Origin: Mobula hypostoma
Lineage: Eukaryota
DNA: 64,000 nt
Direction of reading: 5' to 3'
Assembly: GCF_963921235.1 (NCBI RefSeq)
Contig: NC_086109.1
Coordinates: forward strand, 2,854,001 to 2,918,000
Made by a program: the position numbers and the translations under genes. This document shows positions 1 through 11,430 of this stretch, piece by piece; position 1 is the stretch's first letter, and each line of letters starts with the position of its first letter. Under the pieces are notes generated by a model. The model worked only from the letters and a program-made list of their open reading frames with translations, did no database searches and was not told where the DNA came from.

Positions 1-194
1 ACAGAATAAATCACCAGAATCAGATTTAATATCACTGGCATCTGACATGAAATTTGCGGTACATTGCAATACATAATAATAGCAACTGTGATTTACAGTA
101 GATATATATATAAATTTAAATTAAATAATTAGTGCAAAAAGAGGAATAAAAAGTAGTGACATAGTATTCATGGATTCAATAAGTGAATCATTGA

Positions 195-495
195 ACTAGT
201 CGGGTGGGACAACAACTACAGGTCACGGGTTAAGGGTGAAAGGTGAAAAGTTTAAGGGGAACATGAGGGGAAACTTCTTCACTCAGGAGATCATGAGAGT
301 GTGGAATGAGCTGCCGGTGCAAGTGGTGTATGCAACTTTGATTTCAATGCTTAAGAGAAGTTTGAATAGATATACTGATGGCATGGTGTGGAGGGTTATG
401 GTCCCGGTGCAGTTCGATGGGAGTAGGCAGTTTAGCTGGTTCAGCATGAACTAGATGGGCTGAAGGGCCTGTTTCTATGCTGTATCTCTCTATGA
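195..495 (+). mobile_element. CR1-like LINE 3' fragment
   Basis: RGHGLRVKGEKFKGNMRGNFFTQ...WN.LP C-terminal motif and typical CR1 tail. Confidence 0.8.
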
Positions 496-2619
496 CTCTA
501 ATAAATGTACAAATCAATAATCAATAAATGTATATGTACAATCAGAAGACATTCAGCAGGTGAGACCACACGTGGGAAGAAAATCAGAGTTAATGTTTTT
601 GGCCTGAGACGTTTCATCAGAACCCAAGCACAGAAGCAGGGGATAAGGTACAGAGAAAAGAAGGATGAGAAATGCAAGAATGATTTAGTGACTAGCAAGA
701 TATGAGTACAGAGTGAAACGTTCATAAGAGGAAGCTTAAGGTAAACAATTATTCCAGTTTTTATTGTTAGTGGTTTTTACTATAATTCCTTTGGAGCCAA
801 ACCAAATAATTAATTCCACAGAAAATTCCAAAGTCGACATTTATCAAACCATTTTTGCAGCCTAACCACCTGGGTAGAGAAAATACAATGATTGCCTACG
901 TCATTCAACGTGGCACACAATGACGATGATGTATACTCCTTTGGGGAGTATTTGGAGTACGATGTACAGTTGTGTCCATTCTGTTACTGGAAAGGCGCGG
1001 TTAAACTGGAAAGGCTGCAGAGAAGATTTTCATGGATGTTACCAGATCTAGATGATCTGAGTTATAGAAAGAGATTGGCCAGGCTAGCTCTTCACTCCTT
1101 GGAGCAGAGGAGAAAAGTTTAGAGTTATGAGAGGTGTAGATAATATGGATGGTAACAGTTTTTTCCTCAGGTTAGGGAAGTCCAAAATTATGGGCACAGA
1201 TTTACTAAGGGGGGAAAGATTTAAAGGGGACATGAGAGGCAACTTTTTCAGAGGGTGGTGAGTGTATGGGACAAGCTGCTAGAAGAAGAGGTTGTGACAC
1301 ATGAAAGAAATGACCTCCCTCCCATACTCTCATCTACCTTCGGGATGAGAATCAGGTTTTTTATTATCGACACACTGTATGTCATGGTATTTGTTATTTT
1401 GCTGGAGCAGTACAGTGCAATACGATACGTTACAATAAGAAATAAAAAAGTAAGTAAATAAAGCAAAAAAGAACAAATAGTGAGGTAGTGTTCATAGCTT
1501 CATGGACTGTTCAGAAATCTTTTTGTTCTCTTTATTTACTCTTAACTGTATTATTAATCTTTTTGCAGTTATCAAAGGACTCATCCATCTCTGATCTCCT
1601 GAAACCAATACATGTTTCTTATATTATTTTGTCCCGAGCAAGGATGGCCAACCGTTTTTATGTCATTGATGCCTACCACTAACTGAGGGGTCCATGGACC
1701 CCCAGTCTAGAGCCTTAATATCTATCTTCATGCGAGGTTTTCTGTCATGTCAGATTTAGTCTTTGCCCTAACAGGAAGAAGCTGCCCTTGGACTCTTGGT
1801 AGCAATAAAGCCTCCAACCTGCTACTTGTTCCTTCTCCTTTAAACAGATTCACCCAATCGACCTTTGCTAGATACTGCTTCGTTCCTAAACGATTAGTCC
1901 TGCTTCAGTTTAGGACCATAATCTGTCAACTTGTCTTATCCTTTTCCATCACTGTCTTTAAACTAATAGAATTATGGCCACTCGAACCAGAAAGCTTCCT
2001 GACCTCCACTTGTTACTTACCCTGCCTTTTTCACCAAGAGGAATGCAGTTTCCCAAGTTGGCCTCTCTATATACTGACTCAGAAGTCTATATATTTCCCA
2101 GACATACTTCTCAAATTCTGCCATGTCCATAGGATATCCAATCAATACCAGGAAAATTAAAATCTGCCACTGGTACAAATCTATTATTCTCATACGGGGA
2201 CATAAGATACTTTCTGCAGATGCTTGAAATCTTGAGCAACACATGCAAAATACTGCAGGTTGAGCAGCATCTCTGGTGGAAAATGCATGGCTACCAGTTT
2301 CAGCCAAGACCCTTTATCAGGATTCTTACAACCGTGAACTATTTCTCTACACACCTGCTCCTTATCTTCCGGCAGACAATTATAATACAGACCTGATAGA
2401 GTGATCCTCCCTTCCTTCTATCCACATGGCCTCACTGGATAATCGCTCAAGAATGTCAACTCTAAAATATTTTAGGGACTTCCACTTCCCTTTGCTCTTT
2501 CTAAGTTGCATAAACAAATGGATAATCCAATAGTTAAATATACTTTATGAATATGGTTTCAATTTCGAAAATTCTTTGGGTTGAATCAATTTATTCTGGC
2601 AAGCCCTATTATATCTAAC

Positions 2620-3201
2620 AACAGGAATTCTGCAGATGCTGGAAATTCAAGCAACACACATCAAAGTTGCTGGTGAACGCAGCAGGCCAGGCAGCATCTA
2701 TTGGAAGAGTTTCAGTCGACGTTTCAGGCCGAGACCCTTCGTCAGGACTAACTGAAGGAAGAGTTAGTAAGAGATTTGAAAGTGGGAGGGGGAGATGGAG
2801 ATCCAAAATGATAGGAGAAGACAGGAGGGGGAGGGATGGAGCCAAGAGTTGGACAGGTGATTGGCAAAGGGGATATGAGAGGATCATGGGCCAGGAGATC
2901 CGGGGAGAAAGACGGTGGGGGGACAGAGGATGGGCAAGGGGTATAGTCAGAGGGACAGAGAGAGAAAAAGGAGAGTGAGAGAAAGAATGTATGCATAAAA
3001 ATAAATAACGGATGGGGTATTAGGGGGTGGTGGGGTACTAGCGGAAGTTAGAGAAGTCGATGTTCATGCCATCAGTTTGGAGGCTACCCAGATGGAATAT
3101 AAGATGTTGTTCCTCCAACCTGAGTGTGGCTTCATCTTTACAGTAGAGGAGGCCGTAGATAGACATGTCAGAATGGGAATGGGATGTGGAATTAAAATGT
3201 G
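2620..3201 (-). mobile_element. Penelope-like element 3' end (GIY-YIG C-terminus plus terminal repeat with hammerhead)
   Basis: HFNSTSHSHSDMS...LRLEEQHLIF.LGSLQ..GMNIDF on minus strand; 14-bp TSD ctattatatctaac at 2606-2619 and 3224-3237. Confidence 0.9.
2714..2749 (-). ncRNA. Minimal type I hammerhead ribozyme (intact)
   Basis: Minus strand AGUC-CUGACGA-AGG gucucgg CCU-GAAA-CGUC-GACU: core CUGANGA/GAAA, stem I AGUC:GACU, GUC cleavage triplet. Confidence 0.8.
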
Positions 3202-4607
3202 TTATATTATATATTATATCTATCTATTATATCTAACTTTTTTTTCAACCCTCCATTATGGATCAAGCCTATTTGGTTTGGAAAACCAAAGGTATATTTC
3301 GATTTTATGATCTATTTTTGGATAACTGTTTCATGTCCTTTGAACAATTATCTAATAAATATAATTTGCCTAGATCCCATTTCTTTAGATATTTACAGAT
3401 TAGAAACTTTTTAAATACTGTTCTTCCTACCTTTCCGAACCTATATCCAACGGATATTTTGGAAAAAAATTTAGATTTAAATCCTTTTCAGAAAGGTGTA
3501 ATAGCAACTATTTATAATATAATTATGAAAATACATCCAGACTTATCTAATGAAATTAAGAATGATTGGGAAAGGGAACCTAAGCTTACTTTACCTATTG
3601 AAAAATGGGAGAAATTTCTCCAATTAGTTAATTCTTCCTCTATATGTGCTAAACACGCGCTGATACAGTTTAAAGTAGTACATAGGGCCCATATGTCTAA
3701 GGATAAATTAGCTCGTTATTACTCTCATATAAATCCTGTATGTGACAGATGTCACTCTGAGATCGCTTCTTTAACTCATATGTTTTGGTCATGTCCTTTT
3801 TTGAAAAATTACTGGAAAGGTATCTTTGATATCATTTCAGCTGCTTTGAGTATTGATTTACAACCTCACCCTATTACTGCAATTTTTGGTTTACCAATGA
3901 TAGAACCAAATAATTTAACCTCTTCAGCTCGTCGGATGATTGTATTTGTTACACTAATGGCTAGAAGATCCATTTTGCTGAATTGGAAAGAGATTAATCC
4001 TCCCATTACATTTCATTGGTTCTCTCAAACTATGTTGTGTTTAAATTTAGAAAAAATTAGAAGTGTCATTTATGATCCTTCTATTAAATTTGAAAAGACT
4101 TGGAGGCCATTTATTCAACACTTCCATAAGATGTAATTTGACCTTTTCCTAATCTATTCTATTACTTTCAACTATATGGAGGGAGGAGTGGAGTTAATGA
4201 CACTAATGCTCCTATTTGACGTAACACAACAGCCCATGTCTTTTTCTTTTCTTTAGTTGATTAGTATTGTTTAGATTAGTTTCCTTTTTGGGGTATTTTG
4301 TTTTTTTTCTTTTTTCATGCTACTTCTGCATTTTTTTATATTATATTCGTATTTTGCAAGATTTTGGGAGGTTTAATATCTGTGTGTTAACTGAGTTTAT
4401 ATTTATATATGCTAATTATTAACAATGTAATCCCAATAGCTTTGTATTAATACTATGCTATGTTTAATATTTTGATATTAATAAAAAAATTGGAAAGAAT
4501 GTCAACTCTAAGCACTGCTATCATGTCCCCCTCTTATCAACAATCAACACCCTATGAATCTATACGGATTACAAAGCATAGGGTTTATCATTTAAATTTG
4601 AACTTAC

Positions 4608-4760
4608 CTTCACTACGTTTTTCTCTGTTTTGCTCCTTAACTTTGATTTCATCATCTGTCACAACTAGTGAGGAATGGGCATGTTTCAATATTTTACCAT
4701 ATTCTTCAATATTCTTTTGCACCTCCAGGGTTTTGTCTTGGTTCATGTTCTTTCTCATTT
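4608..4760 (-). CDS. TMDD1: TMDD1-like coding exon 4; gene continues beyond the window start
   Basis: ccttttgccag| ... |gtaagt; 153 nt, phase 1/1; EMRKNMNQDKTLEVQKNIEEY...REKRSE vs recalled human ELGKNLHQQATLQLRK; no TM exon found in 1-4600. Confidence 0.88.
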
Positions 4761-5344
4761 CTGGCAAAAGGAGACAGATTGTAATGATCTCAGTGGCTTC
4801 CAGCTTTCTGCATGTGGTTTTCACTGTGCTTATTTCTTATAAGACATGATGCATTGTGAAATTATGAGACATTATAAAACAGATTGACGACAAAATATAG
4901 AGTCCCTACAGTTGCCTTTGTTAACAAACCTGCCCAGGTAACATTCACATGCTGAATTAGCTTTACTGATATTACGTTATGTAATCGCCGGGAGGGAGAT
5001 CTGTCTGAGATACCAAACTGCTGGTTGTGGGCTGTAGTTCTGATGGACTCTGGATCAAGGACACCTTGGGGCTTCTGGTGTTGCTTGCATGGTGGGAGGG
5101 TCAGTCCTTCTGCTGGCTCATGCGGGTTCAATGCTTTAGCTGCTACTTGCATGAAGGGAAGAGGCAGGGGGCTTCGGGGCTTTGATGATCTATCATTCAT
5201 TCTGTGGGGTTTCTTGTCTTGTGAATGTCTGTGAAGAGTAAGAACTTCAGGTTGCATACTGTACACATACTTAGAAATTAAATGATCCTTTGAACCTTTG
5301 TCGCTATTTTAGAATTCAGTTGTTTATTGAAACATTCTGTTGTT

Positions 5345-6655
5345 AAACATCCAGGCAGTGGGTCCTGCTGTCTCCAACTCTGGTTCTGAAGGCCCTGGAC
5401 ATCTCCAGCTTCCTCCAACTCCATGTTGAAACCTTTCTCATTGCCACTGTGCCCCTGGGCTCCCTTTCACCCATCATGACTCCCTACCAACCGTGGGTCT
5501 CTCAGACTCCCTCATCACCTCTTCATTCCTCACAGCCTACACCTTTCTCCATTCCTACCTTCCGTAAACACCCCAACCCTCACCTCTCCTTCAACTGTCT
5601 TCGCCTCCCACCTCAGATCCCAGGTGTAACCTCTGTTGTATCTTCAGGATCCTCTCCAAGTTTCCTCTCTTTGGGGCAGAAAGATCTGTCCTCAGCAAGG
5701 GTCTTACCTTTGACCCCTTTGCTTGCACCTCAGTGAGCTAGCCTACCCTGCAGCAATGACCCCTTCTCCCATCTCTAGCCCTCCTCCTCTTCTCGAACAC
5801 CCCCATGTGGTTCTCCGTTTGCTCTAATCTGTACATATTTAATTGCCAAAAAGAGAGCAACAGGCTCGACTTCAGCGCTCTTCTCTCCTCCTTGAACCTT
5901 ACTCCCTGTGAACACACAGCCCTGCACTCTGTCCACACCGATTGCAACATCACGCTCAAACTGGCAGACAAGTGATTGCTGCTGTAGTTTGATGGACTGA
6001 CCTTCACATTGCTGAGGCCAGGCAGCAACTCTCAAACACTTCTTCGTACTTAACCTTTGAAGAGAGCCTCACTCTGTATCATCAGGCCATAGTTTCCTGC
6101 ATCATCACCAACCTCATCTACTCTGGAGATCTCCCATCCACAGCCACTAGGATCATAGTTCCCTTACTCCCGACTGTTCACTTCTACCTACCACCCAAGA
6201 TTCACAAAACTGAATGCCTGGGTTGGCCCATTGTTTCTGCCTGCTCCTGCCCCACTGAACTTGTGCCTATGAATTTAGATTTCATATTATACCCCTCGGT
6301 TCAGCCTTTCCCATGTACGTATATCTGTGTCACTTCACAAGCTCTTGATTACTTCAACAAGTGTTAGTTCCCTGTGTGTGATTGCCTCATTCTCTCCATG
6401 GATGTCCAGTCCCTATACACTTCTATCATGCATCAAGAAGGCCTTAAAGCTCTCCCCAACAACAACAGACCTAACCAGTTCCCCTCCACCACCACCCTCC
6501 TCCATCTGGCAGAATTGGTCCTCACACTCAACAATTTCTCTTTCAGTTCCTCTCACTTCCTCCAAACTCAAGGTGTACCCATGGGCACCCACACTGGCCC
6601 CACCTATGCCAGCCTTGTCATTGGCTGCATAGAACAGTCCATGTTCCAAGCCTTC
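5345..6655 (+). mobile_element. Decayed Penelope-like element, RT region
   Basis: LSKGLTF, FYL.PKIHK, PIVS, MDVQSLYTSI, LNNFSF, QGVPMG motifs with frameshifts. Confidence 0.85.
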
Positions 6656-6844
6656 ACTCTTGATTCAAGAGCCAAGAATATTTAAGGTCATTTCCTGTAC
6701 CCTAGTGGGAGTGCACACAGGAACTTAGTTTATGAATTTATGCACTTATTACTTTAGACAATAAAGGTACTTGTTGGTAAATACAGATTCTCTCTCTGCC
6801 AAACTGGTTATTGTTGCTAAGCCGTCACCATTGATCACAATCCT

Positions 6845-7540
6845 CCTCAATCCCATTCTCCTGTCTTCTCCCCTTAAACTTTGATACATTTAATAATCAA
6901 GAAACAATCAACCTCCACTTTAAATATACTAACTGACTTAGCCTCCATAGCTGTCTGTCGCAAGGATTTCCAGAGATTCACTGACCGAAGGAGGGCACAA
7001 CCTAAAGAACTTCTCCCTTATCTCTGTTCTAAAGGAATATCCTTCTATTCTAAGGCTGTGTCCTCAACTCAGACTCCCCAGTGATTGGAAACATCTTCAC
7101 TACATCCACTATGTCTAGGCCTTTCAATCTTTGATAGATTTCAATGAGATTCACCCCATTCTTCTAAACTACAGTGAGTACAGGCACAGAGCCATCAAAT
7201 GCTCTTTATATATTAACTTTCATCCCTAGAATCATTCTCATGAACCTCCTCTGGACCCTCCCCAATGCCAGCACATCCTTTCTTAGATAAGGGGGCCCAA
7301 ACTGCTCACAATATTCCAAGTGTGGTCTAACCAATGTCATATAAAGCCTCAACATTACATCCTTGCTTTTATATTCTAGTCCTCTCGAAATGAATACTAA
7401 CATCGCATTTGCCTTTCTTGGCACCAGCTCAACCTGCAAGTTAACCTTCAGGGAATCTTGCACAAGGATTCCCACATCCCTTTGCAACTCTGTTTTATAA
7501 ATTTCCTCCCCATTTAGAAAGTAGTCTATATGATTATTCC
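6845..7540 (-). mobile_element. CR1-like LINE 3' fragment
   Basis: LRLY..LVRPHLEYC...KDVLAL.RVQRRF (ORF 7206-7487). Confidence 0.9.
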
Positions 7541-7553
7541 GATCAGCAAAGTG

Positions 7554-7848
7554 GCCAAGTGGTTAAGGCGTTGGTCTAGTGATCTGAAGGTCGCTAGTTC
7601 GAGCCTCCGCTGAGGCAGCGTGTTGTGTTCTTGAGCAAGACACTTAACCACACATTGCTCTGCGACGACACTAGTGCCGGGCTGTATCGGCCCTAGTGCC
7701 CTTCCCTTGGACAACATCGGTGGCGTGGAGAGGGGAGACTTGCGGCATGGGCAACTGCTGGTCTTCCACACAACCTTGCCCAGGCCTGCGCCCTGGAAAC
7801 CTTCCAAGGCACAAATCCATGGTCTCACAAGACTAACGGATAGCTACT
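7554..7848 (+). mobile_element. tRNA-derived SINE
   Basis: A box tggccaagtgg, B box gttcgagcc; 9-bp TSD agcaaagtg at 7545-7553 and 7849-7857; second copy at 14677-14888. Confidence 0.85.
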
Positions 7849-8459
7849 AGCAAAGTGCAGGACTATATTTCTGGATTGCTACCTATACCATGCGCTACTG
7901 AGGGTAGAAACGGGATAATTTAGCAGATACATAGGTGGCTGAGTAGCTGGTACAGGGGGCAAGGCTTCATGTTCTTGGACCATAGGGATCTCTTCTGCGG
8001 GAGGTATAACCTGTACAAAAGGGATGGGTTGCACTTGAACCCAAGAGGGACAAATATTCTCGTGGGCAGGATTGTTCGAGCTGTTGGGGAGGGTTAAAAC
8101 TAATTTGGCAGGGGTGTGGGAACTGGAGTGAAGGACTCAGGATAGGGCTAGTGGTAAAAAGGCAAAGACAGCATGCAGTCAGACTGTCAGGGAGGGCAGG
8201 CAGATGACAGGACAAAATTGTAGCCTGCATTGTCATTGTTCAGATACAACGGACAACCAGCAGTATTATTTGCAGTGTTCTAATTTTATCTGTCTTTCAT
8301 TTAAATACATAATGTGTTACTCTGTTGAATAACAATTTGTGTTTTTTATACCTTTTTAGCTATTTCCATGAAATGTCAACTAATTGGGGCAGCAGCTTAA
8401 ATGGGCCAACATGCAACTAATCATTGCACATGATTCATGTCCATCTATCCTCTATCTCA

Positions 8460-8855
8460 TCACGATCGTCGTTATGTGCCATGTCGTATGATGTGGATGA
8501 TCATGGTCTTTGACCATGATTGCTCCTGGCAAATTTTTCAACAGAAGTGGTTTGCCTTTCCCTTCTTCTGGGCAGTGTCTTTACAAGACAGGTGTCCCCA
8601 GCCATTATCAATACTCTTCAGAGACTGTCAGCCTGGCATCAGTGGTCACATAACCAGGACTTGTGATATGCACCAGCTGCTCATACGACCATCCACCACC
8701 TGCTCCCATGGCTTCTTGTGACCCTGGATGGTGGGGGGGGGGTGTGTGTGACTGAGCAGGTGCTACGCCTTGCCTAAGGGTGACTTGCAGGCTAGCGGAG
8801 AGAAGGAGCACCTTACACCTCCTTTGTAATGATGTACCTCCAACCCACCACCCAG
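8460..8855 (-). mobile_element. Non-autonomous RTE-type retroposon
   Basis: RTE-like tail gaagg.aa.ggcaaaccact; homologous to 60720-61090 (+) and 58595-58645 (-). Confidence 0.7.
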
Positions 8856-8993
8856 ATCTTTATAAAAGGAAACGTTATAAAAATTAATGCAAACACCCAT
8901 TTCAAATGTAGTCTAAATTTTGTAGTCACGTCAATCCTGTTTCAGAAAACAGCTTACCCTAATCTTGATGAAGACTCAAAGTTTAGGGTTGGT

Positions 8994-9252
8994 GGCATGG
9001 TAACATAGTGGTTATGCTACCTGGTTCAATTCCCACTGCAGCCTATAAGGAACGTGTACATTCTCCATATGAGAGTGTGGGTTTCCTCCGGGTGCTCCGG
9101 TTTCCTCCCACAGTCCAAAGATGTGCTGGTTGGTAGGTTAATTGGTCATTGTAAATTGTCCCGTGATTAGACTAGCGTGAAATTGGGGGATTGCTGGGTC
9201 ACGTGTTTCTCAAGGTCTGGATGGACCTGTTCCACACTATATTTCAATAAAA
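8994..9252 (+). mobile_element. V-SINE (HE1-like)
   Basis: tRNA-like head plus V-domain gggtttcctccgggtgctccggtttcctcccacagtccaaag; related copies near 23125-23410, 27385-27630 and 28353-28460. Confidence 0.85.
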
Positions 9253-10048
9253 ACATCATCATCGTTGTCGTCGTGGCTATCCCTCGAGATCGAGGATGAT
9301 GGTCTTCGTTCTGAAGAAGTGGCCCACAGAGTGAAGACGCCTGTGTGTGTATTTGTTTAACATGTACTTGATGTTGCACTCCAAGAAGCACACGATACTT
9401 CACAAATCAACCAACTGATTCCAATGGCACGGAAACCACGACGATTGGAGCTGATGGATTTGTTGCAGCCTTCATCCGCCTTCACAGCCGTTCAGTTCGA
9501 AGTAACTTCGTCCGCCTGTTCCACTGTTGAGGTCTTTGTTGGATTGTTCTTTGTCAGGAACCTCACCCTCGACCTTACCGCCATGGGTGACATGTTATTT
9601 ATAAAATATAAAAAATACATATTTTTTAAGATCTTGCTCAACATGCCCCCCTCTCACCTTTAATTGACCCACCTAGTATAGTCATTTCGACCCTCGGGAG
9701 AAGTTACCAGCTGTCTGCTCTATCTATGCCTTTCATAATCATATAAACTGTTGAGCATGAAGGAATTAAAATATGGAAGAAAACATCGAACTTAAATTGG
9801 TCAAGAACAATGAAATAGCTCCAGACAGCATCGCTCTTGAGATCACAGGACCACACAAGCTTCTCCACCACGACAAGGTGACAATTCATGGATAAAAACA
9901 TTATAGTGAAGACATCTTCATTTTATTAATCCAAGTTCTAGTATTTTAGATAATACACAACCAAATGCATACTTGATTCAGTTTTGATAATAAACTATGA
10001 TCATTGAATGAGATTACTGGTCAAATATGCATTATTTATTAAAATTAC

Positions 10049-10168
10049 CTTTATCTACGTCTTCCCGACCAACCTGTCTCAATGCTCGTGACAGCCGATC
10101 CCAGTACATACTGTCACCATCCATTCTCAGCCAGTTGATCAGAATTCCCTTGCAGTCTTTGAAATCGG
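10049..10168 (-). CDS. TMDD1: TMDD1-like coding exon 3 (death-domain helices)
   Basis: ttcttag| ... |gtaatt; 120 nt, phase 1/1; DFKDCKGILINWLRMDGDSMYWDRLSRALRQVGREDVDK vs recalled human CREALAAWL...SWDRLARALRRSGRPDVA. Confidence 0.92.
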
Positions 10169-11072
10169 CTAAGAAGCAGACCAATAAATGATGGAAAAAC
10201 GGATTGATTACACTCTGTGGGATGGTAAGTTGTAGTTCTGAGCAGTTCTGAATGCGCAGTGATATTAACATGGTTCAGTCTCTGAATTCCTCATACATTA
10301 AATCCCACCTTACTCCAGTCTAGTTCAAGGGTGGAAGTTAATGCCTAATCGTTAATCGTTAACCATTTTTAAGATTGTGGGAAAGCAGCATCTCCCTTCT
10401 ATTTTCTCTTGAAACTGAAGATTAGTCCCAATAGCTGAGCAGGGGAGAGCACAATTCACACACAACATCAGTCTAACCCATAACCCTGGTTTGACGGTGA
10501 AGCTTAGACACTGGGATGTCAGGATTCAGCGCAACGTGGTGGTGGATTGAAAACCGGAAAAGGTTTCTGCACATGGCGGCTTCTCGTTTGCTGCTCCAAA
10601 GGAACGGCCTCTGTGTTCGAATGCTCTCTCTCTCTCTCCCGTGATGCTGTTCGAGGAGGTTTTGGAACTCTGCAATTTCTGGAGTGGACTGTAGATCAAG
10701 TTGGACTCTCTCAGTTTATGTTCTTATATCTATATTTTTGCCCATTCTTTGTTATTGCCCTATGCATGATTTATTGTTTTTTTTGCAAGGGGGTTGGTGA
10801 TGTTCTTATTGCCATTTGTGAGATTTCTTGATTTTGTGTGTTGGGGGGGATGATGTTTCTCTTTGAAAGGGTTTCATGATTTTCTTTGTTACATGGCTGT
10901 CTGAAGAAGAATCTCAGAGTTGTATACTGCATACATACTATGATAATAAATGTAGTTTGAACCCTGAACCTTGGACCTTGAAGGTGACATTTTTGGAACA
11001 TCAGAGGGCATTTTGCCTTACAGCAACTTCAATGCAGCAAAACACACCAAGGTGCTTTCACTGGAAATTTAC

Positions 11073-11430
11073 TGTACTGTGCAAAAATCTTTGGCACATA
11101 CAGTATATACGTATCTAGGGTGCCTAAGACATTTGCATTGTACTGTCGTAATTTTATGTATTGCACTGTACTGCTGCCACGAAAAAAGCAAATTTCACGA
11201 CGTATGTGAGTGGTGACAAACCTGATTCTGATATGGGTGTCTGTTGTGGACTGAGAGTGGGAAGGGGGCAGGGAGAGGGATCATAGTTGGGACAAGGGGA
11301 AGGGAAAGAGGAGGGAGTGGGAAACACCAGAAAGACATTCTGTAATGATCAACAAACCAGTTGTTTGGAATCAAATGACCCTGTCTGGTGTCTCAGGGAT
11401 GAGTGTTTCTACACTGGAGCCAACACCCGC
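11073..11430. repeat. Composite dispersed repeat starting with a ~70-bp Tc1-like palindromic MITE
   Basis: gtactgtgcaaaa.tctt.ggcac inverted repeats followed by the same downstream sequence at 29185-29510; bare MITE copies at 11556-11627 and 12351-12413. Confidence 0.65.

Larger units (their letters stand above)
2466..4494 (+). mobile_element. 5'-truncated L1 LINE (ORF2 C-terminus, zf-RVT) with nested PLE
   Basis: ORF 3258-4136 with CDRC..HMFWSC motif; AATAAA/A-rich end; 17-bp TSD aagaatgtcaactctaa at 2449-2465 and 4495-4511. Confidence 0.92.

Noticed and set aside
720..890. Candidate last (TM) exon of TMDD1
   Set aside because: The required phase-1 frame stops immediately; no LIVER.P or TM-like sequence
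3258..4136. Long ORFs (also 15375-15920 and 49365-50195) as host genes
   Set aside because: They are 5'-truncated LINE ORF2 fragments
7551..7620. tRNA gene
   Set aside because: It is the head of a SINE with body, TSD and a second copy
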